This document shows positions 24,624 to 35,019 of a stretch of DNA of 64,000 bases, in pieces (within the stretch, counting starts at the first letter, position 1; every line of letters begins with the position of its first letter). Made by a program: the position numbers and the translations under genes. A model generated the notes under the pieces. That model was not told where the DNA came from and ran no database searches. It saw nothing but the letters and a program-made list of their open reading frames with translations. The stretch lies in the sequence record MK250027.1, one strand, 5' to 3'.

Positions 24624-27413
24624 TTATTTCTTTGCTCGTGATTTAGCGTTTGAACGAGTCTTATTAAATTCATAAGATTCAGATCTTGCCAAAATATTCA
24701 TCGCAGGTAAAATTGGAACTTTAGATTCTTCTACTTGATTTTCATGTGCAATAGATTTAAGATCAGAAGATTTCTATTGTCTAGCATTCTCTAACGCAAT
24801 TTTTGTCTTTCTAATAGCTACTGTATTAATGAATTCCTTACGAAGATCTGTATCAATATTATTAATACTATCAAACAATGTTGTATTCATATTATGAGCG
24901 ATACTACCAATTTCCGTTTGAATGCTAATCTTAGCAATCCATGATGCAAAATGTGCATAAAGTTGAGCAACACGAGAATTAACCAATGAATTAACCTTAT
25001 TACGTAATGTATCCATATCTGCTAATTCATTCTCATCAAATAACAAATTAATAGATTTACCATTAATATTAAATGAATATTCCTTGATAAGATTCTGTGC
25101 TTCAGCAGCAACATCAGAATCTGACATTGGTTTTGCTTTCTTTAATGCTTTCAAATCTGCTGCAACATCATCTTCAAGATTACCTGGATAAGATGCGAAT
25201 ACTTGTATTGGTAATTCCTTTGCAATACTAGAAATACACTTCCACTTAGAATATTCCGAAGTTGCATATTGATCAACAGATAATGGTTTTCTATCATCAT
25301 CATCTTGATATTCCTTAGGCATACTACCAGTTTCCCAAATAGTATCCATAACATCTGGTGTAAATACCTTAGCATATTCATTATATGTTTTCCATGCACT
25401 CATAACAGGACCGGTTGCTGTAGCACCATTTGTACCTGTATCATCACCAACCATATCTCTCATGTTATCAGTGAAATAATTCATGAAGATATTATAACGT
25501 CCACGAATACCTGTTGCAGTTCCAGCAGGATCTAAGTCATCAATACCACCATGTTCTTCTACCCAATAATTCCAATAATCATCATCAAGACTATTCAATG
25601 CATCTTGAAGAACATTAGGAAGAATACCACCATAATATTCCTTGTATGTATTACCTTCATCATCAGTCTTTTCTTCTACAGATTGATCAATTAATTTCTG
25701 ATAATATTCTTTACCTGAAATACCATCAGGATTTTCATCAAATAATTCAATTAATTCATTCTTATAGAATGGACCTACTGTATTAGCCCATGTACGAGGA
25801 GTAACCATTCTCTTAGTACGAAGAATAACTTCCTAATTAAGAACATCCTGTATAGATGATAAAGAATCTTCATTTTCATGTGCCCTCTTATCTGCCTCTG
25901 GATTCTCAAGCATATCATCATAACCACCGTTTGCAATAGTAGAATACCATACATAATCAGGAGATGCTTCAATGAAGTCTACAATAAATGGAGGTACATT
26001 TGCCTCATGTGTCAATGGATCAACTGAACGTGCCCAAGTAATCCATTCGTCCTTAGAAGGAACATATGTATAATGGATAAAACGGTTTGTCTGCGCAGCA
26101 GTTGGGAAATATCTCTTATCTTCTGAATCTGCTTCACCTTCATCAATAGATCTATTAGAAGCAAGAACAAATCCCCATTTAGATGCAACAACATAATTAT
26201 CACCAAACTTATGATCATTTACGATACCCATGATAATATTCTGAACATTAGGTTCAACACGTGAATATTCATCCATAAATACAACGCCACCTTCAAATGG
26301 ATGTCCGTTAGATGCAGTGATTTCACCATCATCATCAGTTGCAAGGAACTTACATGTATTACAGAAATAATCGCGACGTTTCTTTTCCTCTGGATCAGAA
26401 GTATTAAGATATACTGGAAGCCAGTTCTTAGGAGTATCAGTAAATCCTTCTCTCTTATATTTCTTAGGAACACTTGTTCTATCTCTCTTCTAACCAAGTT
26501 CTACACCATAATCAATTTCACGTGTAGAGTCACGAGGTAATGTCCAGTTTTCAATAGTATAGCCAGCAAGCATAATAACTTCAAGATTCAAGTTAATTGC
26601 CTTATATTTAGCATTAGCCATATCTTTGATAGTTTGCTTAATAATTGCAGTTTTACCAATACCTGGAGCACCCCAAATAAGGAATGGTACAACATCTGAG
26701 TGTCCGCCAAGAGGCCCAGAAATTTGATTCTTAATATTAGTCTTAAGCTTAGCGATTAATTGTTTTGAATTAACAGCGACGCCGAAATGACTAAACCCTT
26801 TACTGTCCTTTACTGCATCATATGAATAAACTGCTTCATTCAAAGCCTTATGTAATTTAGATTCTTTATAATATGTTTCATTTACATACTTAATAGATTC
26901 TGTGATAGTCTCATCTGTTGTACCAGCACGCTTAATAACACGACTCCAATAATTAACAATATTTTTCTTATCATTAGCAATACCTTCTGCGAATGCTTGA
27001 TCAATAGATAACCCACCAACTCCAGCGGTAGATTTAAGAGAAGCAGATGGCGCGAAATAAACACCTTTAGGTAATTGATGTTTCTATGCCATGATAGCAA
27101 GATTACCGACATTATTAAGAGACCAATTAATAACAGCATCTGTTGTCTCATCAATAAGTGCAATAAATCCCTTTACTTTATCTGTAATATATGAAGCTAC
27201 TTTCTTTCCGTATTCCTTAATCTTATCTAAGAAACCTTCATTAATTAAAATCTTATTTAATGGAATATTGTTCTCTGTGTAATTATCATCAAAACGCATT
27301 GAACAAGTATCGTTAGACTCGTTAATCGATAAAAGAATACCGTTAATCTTATACTATGTACCATTTACACAATGTACAAGAGTAGCAGGTATATTTAACT
27401 TAGTTTTTACCAT
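24624..27413 (-). CDS. MoxR-family AAA+ ATPase (929 aa, 5 TAG)
   Basis: Four track fragments in one frame are joined by TAG (27354, 27084, 26490, 25833, 24774). Walker A GAPGIGKT, Walker B VFMDEYSR, ASNR and TPRTW motifs. TAA at 24624. Confidence 0.88.
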
Positions 27414-27455
27414 ATTTTGAAAATCAAAAAATTATTTTTTATATTTATTATAAAA

Positions 27456-27487
27456 AAATGGATAGTATTTTGTAATACTATCCATTT
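27456..27487 (-). terminator. Intrinsic terminator
   Basis: 14-bp inverted repeat AAATGGATAGTATT/AATACTATCCATTT with a T-run on the minus strand. Confidence 0.75.
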
Positions 27488-27503
27488 AATATTATTAATA
27501 TAA

Positions 27504-28043
27504 TTATTTCTTAAAAATATCTATATCATTATCAATTCCAGTTTCCATAACAGCTTTTGATTTACTTGATGAAACAACCGTATATTCAATATCCGATGTA
27601 TTACTGATAAACCATCTACCAGGATAACGTGCACACAAATCTTTATGTTCTCTTACAATATCAAGCATTCGTTCCTGACTCTTCTGAAACTCACTTCTCA
27701 ATACTTCAACACTTTCCATAATATTCTTATAGAGAGATGAATCAAATTGAGGATTTGCCTCGGTAATCCACTTCATAAGTGAGCCATCATTTGCATCATA
27801 ACGTTCACTCATAATATGTGTATAAATACTATCAAAACTCTCTGCATACTTATCACTAATTTGTGCTTGTTGAGAAATAGTTTTCCACATACGATCATGC
27901 ATGCCTTCAATCTTACCTCTCTGTGCTTCAGCTTCATTTCTCAATGAAATCTCCTGATTATTATAAGAGAAATACATTGATACTCCAGAAATTACAAAAA
28001 TTCCAATAATAACTGAAACAATAATAATTGCAATCTTTTTCAT
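27504..28043 (-). CDS. Membrane-anchored LemA-like protein (179 aa)
   Basis: N-terminal TM/signal segment followed by a helical domain (MWKTISQQAQI, WITEANPQFD). Family recalled, not searched. Confidence 0.55.
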   Translation of the reverse strand: MKKIAIIIVSVIIGIFVISGVSMYFSYNNQEISLRNEAEAQRGKIEGMHDRMWKTISQQAQISDKYAESFDSIYTHIMSERYDANDGSLMKWITEANPQFDSSLYKNIMESVEVLRSEFQKSQERMLDIVREHKDLCARYPGRWFISNTSDIEYTVVSSSKSKAVMETGIDNDIDIFKK

Positions 28044-28076
28044 TTTTCTAAATTATTTATTAAGTTAAATTTATTA

Positions 28077-28220
28077 TTAATTACCATAAACTAATGTATG
28101 AATATCTTCATATGTAAAACCATTTGTTGATATATTATTTAATGATGGTTTTACTTTTCTAAAATCTATTTTATCCATACATATAGTAGAATAATTTATG
28201 CCATTATAACTTCTATTCAT
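28077..28220 (-). CDS. Small hypothetical protein (47 aa)
   Basis: ATG 28220 directly after the previous stop; TAA at 28077. Confidence 0.4.
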   Translation of the reverse strand: MNRSYNGINYSTICMDKIDFRKVKPSLNNISTNGFTYEDIHTLVYGN

Positions 28221-28221
28221 T

Positions 28222-28485
28222 TTACATCACTTTTCTATAAAATACATTTCCTTCTTCTTCAAATCCTTCAATAGAAGAAATATCATAATCAGTATATTCT
28301 TTTCCATCAGAAAAATCTGTTAACTTTCCATTTTCTGATTTAATAAACCCAGATACTGTCTCATCACCACATGGATGAATTTCAAATACACCATTAATTT
28401 CTTTAATATCAGAAATACTTCTAACTTTATCGCCTAAAAATATTTTATTATTCTTGCGTGATATATTAACATTATTAAATTCCAT
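28222..28485 (-). CDS. Hypothetical protein (87 aa)
   Basis: Track ORF with TAA stop, in operon context. Confidence 0.7.
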   Translation of the reverse strand: MEFNNVNISRKNNKIFLGDKVRSISDIKEINGVFEIHPCGDETVSGFIKSENGKLTDFSDGKEYTDYDISSIEGFEEEGNVFYRKVM

Positions 28486-28496
28486 ATTACTTCTAA

Positions 28497-28865
28497 TTAA
28501 AGTTTCTCAACAATTACAGTAGGATTAATAACAAAATCATACAAATCTGTCTTAATCTCAGTATTATTAACTTCAGTAATAGTTAATATATTATAATCAT
28601 AATATACTTTATCACCAACTTTAAGTGTTGACGCAAGAACTTTTTCAGATTCACCATAATTAAAAGTATCTCGCTCAAATTGATTCATTCCATCTGTAGG
28701 AATAGGACAAATTGCATCAAAATTATCAATCAACCATTCTTTTGATACATTACCTGAGACAATCTGAGGTCCACCAAGCTTAGAAAGTCCAAGATATGCC
28801 TTTACTTTAGACATCTTATCTGCATACTCAGAAACACTATACCATTTAATATTATTGTTATTCAT
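28497..28865 (-). CDS. Hypothetical protein (122 aa), first gene after a host-type promoter
   Basis: Track ORF with TAA stop. Confidence 0.7.
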   Translation of the reverse strand: MNNNNIKWYSVSEYADKMSKVKAYLGLSKLGGPQIVSGNVSKEWLIDNFDAICPIPTDGMNQFERDTFNYGESEKVLASTLKVGDKVYYDYNILTITEVNNTEIKTDLYDFVINPTVIVEKL

Positions 28866-28898
28866 AATTGTATATCTTTTTAATTGTTCAACTTATTT

Positions 28899-28923
28899 GT
28901 TTATTAACAATACAAAGATACAC
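28899..28923 (-). promoter_or_regulatory. Bacteroidetes-type (TAnnTTTG) early promoter
   Basis: Minus strand reads TGTGTATCTTTGTATTGTTAATAAA, with TATCTTTG at 28913-28920. The same extended motif recurs at 34212, 40324, 61433 and 63974. Confidence 0.8.
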
Positions 28924-28944
28924 AATTATTTCCAAAATAAAAAA

Positions 28945-30201
28945 TTATTCATAAGAATTTTCATAATCTTTTAATTTTTCTTTCGCATATTCTATAGTTA
29001 TATGAAATTCTTTTTCATTAGACGCCGGTAAATTATACATTGCATCATCCATAAGATTCTCTACTATTCCTCTTAACCCCCTAGCGCCTAATTTATTCTT
29101 AATAGATAACTTAACTATATAATCATAAACTTCATCATCTATTATAAGTTCAATACCATCTAATTTAAACAACTTCTTAAATTGTTTAATAATAGCATTT
29201 TTCGGTTCTGTAAGAATTCTCTTCAAATCATCTTCAGTTAAAGGATTAAGATATGTAATAATAGGAAGTCTACCTATTAATTCTGGAATCAAACCATAAT
29301 TCTTTAAATCTTCCGCATTTACATATTTAAATATGTTTTCTTTATTATCAGAAAAATCTTTCTTATCCTTTGATACAAATCCTAATGTAGATTTATTAAG
29401 TCGTCTCTCTATAATTTTATTCAAACCAACAAAAGCACCACCACAAATAAATAAAATATTTTTTGTATCAACCTCTACCATTTTAGCATCCGGGTGTTTT
29501 CTTCCTCCCTTTGGTGGAACATTTACAACAGAACCTTCAATTATTTTAAGTAATGCTTGTTGAACGCCTTCACCTGAAACATCTCTTGTTATAGATGGAT
29601 TTCCTCCGGATTTCCTTGCAATCTTATCAATCTCATCAAGAAATACTATTCCGTGTTCTGCTTTCTTAACATCATAATCACATGCTTGGAGAAGTCTTGT
29701 GATTGCAGTCTCAACATCATCACCAACGTATCCAGCTTCAGTGATAGAATTAGAATCCACTATACTAATTGGTACATCTAACATTTTAGCAATAGACTTA
29801 ACCAAAAGTGTTTTACCAGTACCAGTGTCTCCCAAAAGTATACAGTTACTCTTCTCAATCTCTACATCATCAAATCCTTTTTGCTTAATTCTCTTATAAT
29901 GATTATAAACTGCAACTGCTAACCTTTGTTTCGCTTTATCCTGACCAATTACATATTGATCCAAAAATTCTTTAATCTCTGTAGGTTTTTTTACATCATC
30001 CTTATGGAAATTATCATCTGGTGATAAAAACTGTGTATTATGATTTACTATACTCAAATTCATATTGTAAATCTGGTCACAACATTCATTACAAATACTT
30101 CCATATTCACCATTAAAAAGTAATGCAACTTGGTCTTTCGTCTTACCACAAAATGAACACTTATTTTCTTTTTTATTTGTATCTTTCTTTTTTTCTGCCA
30201 T
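28945..30201 (-). CDS. clpX: ATP-dependent Clp protease ATP-binding subunit ClpX
   Basis: C4 zinc finger CSFCGK...ICNECC, Walker [40 protein letters not shown] loop, GARGLR. Confidence 0.97.
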   Translation of the reverse strand: MAEKKKDTNKKENKCSFCGKTKDQVALLFNGEYGSICNECCDQIYNMNLSIVNHNTQFLSPDDNFHKDDVKKPTEIKEFLDQYVIGQDKAKQRLAVAVYNHYKRIKQKGFDDVEIEKSNCILLGDTGTGKTLLVKSIAKMLDVPISIVDSNSITEAGYVGDDVETAITRLLQACDYDVKKAEHGIVFLDEIDKIARKSGGNPSITRDVSGEGVQQALLKIIEGSVVNVPPKGGRKHPDAKMVEVDTKNILFICGGAFVGLNKIIERRLNKSTLGFVSKDKKDFSDNKENIFKYVNAEDLKNYGLIPELIGRLPIITYLNPLTEDDLKRILTEPKNAIIKQFKKLFKLDGIELIIDDEVYDYIVKLSIKNKLGARGLRGIVENLMDDAMYNLPASNEKEFHITIEYAKEKLKDYENSYE

Positions 30202-30304
30202 ATATCTTTTAATTAAAAAATCTTAAATAACAACAATAATTATACCATAATATTATAATATTGTTTACATTTATAAATAATAAAAATAACCGGTTAATTA
30301 ATAT

Positions 30305-30502
30305 ATGAAAACTATTAAAAAGTCTTCAGTTAAAAATAAAAATATAAAAGGTAAAATAGGATAGGATGGTGGTTATTATGTTGATAATTGTCCAGTCTTA
30401 ATCCCTAAGGAAAATATTAAGTTTTTCACTGCTATGCAAAAAGCATGTTCAATAAATCCATATGGAAAATATGGTAATGCATGTAATGTTAAATTATTGT
30501 GA
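30305..30502 (+). CDS. Small hypothetical protein (65 aa, 1 TAG)
   Basis: ATG 30305 to TGA 30502 with TAG read as Gln. Confidence 0.45.
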
Positions 30503-30652
30503 TAATAACTAATAAAACATAAAACTCGAAATTTGATACAATATCTCTCCTGCATCGCGTCAAAATCTCTTTACCTTATAGTTATTAGTCTTAATTAAAA
30601 ATAATGTGATACAGAGAGAATTTTATTAAATAATAATTTTCATAAAATAAAA

Positions 30653-30692
30653 AAGAGATTAATAAGTTTTGTTTATTGCTTATTAATCTCTT
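30653..30692 (-). terminator. Intrinsic terminator following the displaced gene tail and TnpB cassette
   Basis: 14-bp inverted repeat AAGAGATTAATAAG/CTTATTAATCTCTT with a T-run on the minus strand. Confidence 0.8.
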
Positions 30693-30717
30693 TACTTTTC
30701 TATTTAATATAATTTCA

Positions 30718-30771
30718 TTAAAACTTCAAACCATGTATCATTTCAAAAACCTTAATCTTATTATTTATGCC
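30718..30771 (-). repeat. Second copy of the last 17 codons plus stop of the UvsY-like gene (GINNKIKVFEMIHGLKF*)
   Basis: 49/54 nt identical to 32063-32116. All 5 differences are synonymous third-position changes. Confidence 0.95.
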
Positions 30772-30920
30772 AATATTTGTGTTTATATACTAATATATAA
30801 ACAATTATTTCTTGTTTCATAGACACTCTACTTTTTAGTATAATCATTAGTAATGATTTAGTCATCCATAGTTGGTATCTCCGCAAGCGTAAATTCGGGT
30901 AAATATACACCTATTATATT
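30752..30920 (-). ncRNA. Putative TnpB omega-RNA (scaffold about 30772-30920; predicted guide from 30771 leftward)
   Basis: Directly 3' of tnpB. Contains CCCGAATTTACGCTTGCGGAGATACCAACTATGGATGAC...CTAAAAAGTAG...ATGAAACAAGAA, which resembles IS200/IS605 right-end sequences, and a perfect 10-bp hairpin at 30780-30803. Boundaries are inferred. Confidence 0.65.
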
Positions 30921-32116
30921 TTAATAATTTATTTGTTTTAATCCTTCTGCTAAAATATTTAATGAAGCATTATAATCTCTATCAATCTCTTTACCACAAT
31001 GTGGACATATCCATTCTCTCTAACTTAATTTTAAATCTTTATAAATATGTCTACAATTATGGCAAGTTTTAGATGAAGGATAGAATCTATTTATTATAAC
31101 CAGCTATTTTCCATACCATCTACATTTATATTCTAACTATTTTCTAAATTCAAATAAAGATAACTCTTGAATAGATTTAGCAAGTTTATGATTAGACATC
31201 ATTCCATTTACATTTAAATCTTCAATACAGATAACTTGATTTTCATTAACTAGTTTTGAAGTGATTTGATGTAAATATGTATTTCTCTAATTTTTTATTT
31301 TCTCATGAACTTTTGCAATTTTAATTCTAACTTTATTCCGATTATTACTTCCTTTCTATTTCTTACTTAACAACCTCTATAATTTCTTTAATTTCTTTTC
31401 TTGATTTCTATAGAAATGTTTATTTTCATATCTATTTCCATTAGAATCAACGATAAAATCTTTTATTCCTAAATCTAAACCTATTACGGTATCTAATTTT
31501 TCTTTTTGTATAATATTATAATCTATTAAAATAAACAAATAATATTTTTCTGTAGAAGTTTTAATAAGCGTAATTGAATGTATTTTATTTTGATTATGAT
31601 TTAAATATATTTCATCTTTTTTAGAACATTTAAATAATATATTCTTTAACTATTTAATTAATGTTATCCTATTACCATTAATTTTCTTCTTTTTAAATTT
31701 AAATATAGTTCTTGTAAATCTACAACTTTGCTTAATATCTTTCTTTGATTTGAATTTAGGATAACCATTATGTAATTTAAAGAAATTATCATATGCTTTA
31801 ATTAAATCCTACATTGATTGCTATAAACACATAGCATATACATCATTTAAAAAAGTATATTCATCTTGTTTTTTTAAATTAGTCAAATATTTACCTAATT
31901 GTGTCCATGATACAACTTGTTTATTCTACTCATACTATGACTTCTTATAATCCAATAATTTATTATATATAAGTCTACAACAACCTAACTGTTTAGAAAT
32001 AAATTCTTTCTAAACATTATCAGGATATATTCGTATTTTAATATATTTTAACATAATATTTTTTAAAATTTTAAACCATGTATCATTTCAAAAACTTTAA
32101 TCTTATTGTTTATACC
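30772..32116 (-). mobile_element. Transposase-less TnpB cassette: gene tail copy + tnpB + omega-RNA scaffold
   Basis: Bounded by the two gene-tail copies. No tnpA is present, and only 8 nt separate the upstream stop from the tnpB ATG. Confidence 0.7.
30921..32054 (-). CDS. tnpB: IS200/IS605-family RNA-guided endonuclease TnpB (377 aa, 12 TAG)
   Basis: Absent from the ORF track because of TAGs. N-terminal KIRIYP...GCCRLIYN, Ruv[12 protein letters not shown], Ruv[11 protein letters not shown], zinc finger CHNC...CPHCG, Ruv[14 protein letters not shown]. All catalytic residues are present. Confidence 0.95.
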
Positions 32117-32593
32117 GTAAATAATATTATCAATAGTTGAGATGGTATCTTTCATATACTTACAGAAATTATCCAATAAATCAACTGATTCTTTTTCTGC
32201 TGATAGTTGAGATTCAATCTGTAAATTAATAGCACTTTCATTCGTATATCTAATTCCAGATGAACCAGATTTTAAAGCTAAATAAATTCCTGATGCTTTA
32301 GACTTATAATCTCTCGTTTGCTTTTGTAATATCTTTGCTGTTCCATAAAATAAGTCTATTGCTTCTTGTCTCTTTAAATAAACTTCATTCATCAAACCAT
32401 CAATAGATTTCAAATCTTTCATTCGTTCATTTAAATTCTTAATAATATCTGTCCACTTATCTTGAAGATTACTCAATGAATTTTCCAATGAATTTTGTTG
32501 TGAATTAACATTATTATTCTGATTAGTTTGTTGAACTTGATTATTATCTATAGAATTATTATTTTCTGTTACTACTTCATTTTCTTTATCCAT
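32063..32593 (-). CDS. UvsY-like recombination mediator protein (176 aa)
   Basis: Helical protein whose C-terminus (KYMKDTISTIDNIIYGINNKIKVFEMIHG) resembles the T4 UvsY-family C-terminal pattern. Recognition is from memory only. Confidence 0.5.
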   Translation of the reverse strand: MDKENEVVTENNNSIDNNQVQQTNQNNNVNSQQNSLENSLSNLQDKWTDIIKNLNERMKDLKSIDGLMNEVYLKRQEAIDLFYGTAKILQKQTRDYKSKASGIYLALKSGSSGIRYTNESAINLQIESQLSAEKESVDLLDNFCKYMKDTISTIDNIIYGINNKIKVFEMIHGLKF

Positions 32594-32657
32594 AAATCAA
32601 AAGTTTATAATAATACTTTATATATTATATCATTTAATAAAAATAAAGTTTTATTCT

Positions 32658-32817
32658 CAAAAAGAATTTCAATCAATAAAAAGAAAGAGTCAAAGAAAAA
32701 GTTTTCAAAAAGAAATCATAAATTAAACTTAAATAAAAATTGATCCTATAATATTTATCTCTCTAAAAATCTATGTTCAAAAAGAAAGTAGGCAAAGAAA
32801 AAGAACCAAAAAGAAAT
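32658..32817. repeat. Two triplets of 11-nt A-rich motifs (CAAAAAGAAAG / CAAAGAAAAAG / CAAAAAGAAAT); iteron-like
   Basis: Units at 32677, 32691, 32706 and at 32778, 32793, 32807 (same order, 14-15 nt spacing, 101 nt offset), plus a partial unit at 32658. Confidence 0.6.
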
Positions 32818-32944
32818 TAATTTTTCAAATCTAAATTTAATTTTCTTTATTTAATTTCTTAAATATCTATCATTACCTTAATATCTTAATATTAATTATA
32901 CTTCACTTTTCAAAAAAAGTCTACTTTTTGTTTAAATATTTTTA

Positions 32945-33227
32945 NNNNNNNNNNNNNNNNNNNNNNNNNNNNNNNNNNNNNNNNNNNNNNNNNNNNNNNN
33001 NNNNNNNNNNNNNNNNNNNNNNNNNNNNNNNNNNNNNNNNNNNNNNNNNNNNNNNNNNNNNNNNNNNNNNNNNNNNNNNNNNNNNNNNNNNNNNNNNNNN
33101 NNNNNNNNNNNNNNNNNNNNNNNNNNNNNNNNNNNNNNNNNNNNNNNNNNNNNNNNNNNNNNNNNNNNNNNNNNNNNNNNNNNNNNNNNNNNNNNNNNNN
33201 NNNNNNNNNNNNNNNNNNNNNNNNNNN
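32945..33227. other. Assembly gap (283 N)
   Basis: Run of N in the sequence. Confidence 1.
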
Positions 33228-33263
33228 AGTTTATAACTAATTGAAACTAAATAATTTAGATAT

Positions 33264-34034
33264 ATGGCAGATAGTAAAAATAATACAAAAAAGGTAAAAA
33301 CTGGTGTAGTTGAGTCTATTGATGATCCAACATGTTCAGGAAGAGTAAAAGTTAGGGTTGCAGGTTTACATGATAACATATCAACAGAGAATTTACCATG
33401 GTGTAATTACGCGGGAAGTGGTATGTTTTCAGGTTCAGGTGGTGGATAGATTTCTATACCACGTGTAGGAACAAAGGTAAGAGTTAGATTTGCATAGGAT
33501 GATGTAAACTCCATGGAATGGTATGGAACAAATACATTGGACAGAAAACTTTCAGAGGAATTGGCGTCTGATTATGCAGGTTCATAGGTTCTTCTTTATG
33601 ACTCGGAATATGATTTGTCTATTAAGTTTCAACCAGGTTCTGGTTTAGCTTTATATTATAAAGGTTCTTATATGTAGATGACACCTGATAATACTATAAC
33701 TATTCATTATGGTCCTGACGAGACAACAGGTGTACAAATATAGTTAACAGACGGTAAGGTTTATATATAGGCACCATAGTAGATTAATATAACATCAGGT
33801 AATGAAGTTAATATAGAGGGAAAGGTTATAACATTAAATGGAACATCTGCTGTCCGTATAAAAGGAACAACACCTAATACATGCGCTGTTAATGCTACAC
33901 AACTTATGACATTGTTATAGACGATGGCAGCTAATATCGATACAAAATTAGGTTAGTCAAAATCTGGTATATGTGCCGCTACTGTTTCAGGTTCTAAGGA
34001 AAAAATAATGAATCAACATATCCTTTATATTTAA
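33264..34034 (+). CDS. Baseplate hub/central spike protein (gp5/gpV-like OB fold plus beta-helix), 256 aa, 10 TAG
   Basis: GVVESIDDP..SGRVKVRV.GLH...LPW and ISIPRVGTKVRVRF motifs. Continues through TAGs to TAA 34034. Confidence 0.85.
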
Positions 34035-34208
34035 TAATAATGTACGCGCGTTATAACGTGTTTAAATAAGTATTTTCATTCGTTACAGTATAGATGTATT
34101 GGTTGAGAAAAAAGTTGAAAATTTTGCGAGTTTTCTTATGTTTTTCTTAAGAATTTTGAAGAAAAATTGAAGTTTTTCTTAGAAATATTTTTTATTTCAA
34201 AAAATTGT

Positions 34209-34222
34209 GTGTATCTTTGTAA
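34209..34222 (+). promoter_or_regulatory. Bacteroidetes-type early promoter
   Basis: TGTGTATCTTTGTA, with TATCTTTG at 34212-34219, about 50 nt before ATG 34269. Confidence 0.75.
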
Positions 34223-34268
34223 TAACAAATAAAATAACAAAGTAACAAACAATTAAAAAATAAAAATT

Positions 34269-34925
34269 ATGGATATTATTGATATTTTCAACGGTACAAG
34301 TAGTTCTTCAATTAAGATAGAGAATGATGTAAGAAATATGTTCATTTCTCTTAATAATAAGAACACCACATATAATTTGGGTTATAAGGGTATTCAGCAG
34401 TTTTTGTTTACTACTCTTTGTAATGTATTGAAGAAACATTTTTCATATAATGAGCTATATTCATTTTTGAAGACTTATGATATTCAATCATCGGAGAAGT
34501 TGACAGATGCTATTATAGATAATATGGATTATCTTACTGCTGTTGTGAAGTTGGATCTTCATAATTTTACATATACAAAGAAGATGACAAGTCGTGAGCG
34601 TTTAGCAAAAGAAATCTTTGATTCATATGATGGACATGGAGAAAATCCTTATAAGGATGAAGTTGATAAAGATAAGAAAGAGAATATTCTTGTTGTTCGT
34701 ACACATTATGGAACTCATAAGCCATTAATGTATACATTTGATGGCGAACTTACAGAAGATAAACGTCATCAGATTCGTATGATGTATTATTACGAGACAA
34801 AATGTAACTATTTTGAAACTCGTGATATTCTTTATTCTAATTGGATTAATCTTCCTGAAGAGTATCAAATGGCATCGGCACCTTATGAAGAAGAAATTGA
34901 AGAACTTCATTTTAAGGTTAAATAA
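34269..34925 (+). CDS. Hypothetical early protein (218 aa)
   Basis: Track ORF with TAA stop and no TAG. Confidence 0.8.
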   Translation: MDIIDIFNGTSSSSIKIENDVRNMFISLNNKNTTYNLGYKGIQQFLFTTLCNVLKKHFSYNELYSFLKTYDIQSSEKLTDAIIDNMDYLTAVVKLDLHNFTYTKKMTSRERLAKEIFDSYDGHGENPYKDEVDKDKKENILVVRTHYGTHKPLMYTFDGELTEDKRHQIRMMYYYETKCNYFETRDILYSNWINLPEEYQMASAPYEEEIEELHFKVK

Positions 34926-35019
34926 TAAAATACATAATTTTCATATTTTTAAATTTTTAATTTTTAGACAAAGTGAAACGTTTGAAGTATAAATATTTCA
35001 AACGTTTCTTTTTTATTTT

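Noticed and set aside
30545-30620. Imperfect stem (CTCTCCTGCATCGC ... GTGATACAGAGAG) as a structured ncRNA; similarly the near-palindrome CGCGTTATAACGTG at about 34047-34060
   Set aside because: These are single instances with no family resemblance and cannot be supported without covariation data.
32928-33379. ORFs containing long X runs
   Set aside because: They are artefacts of the N gap.
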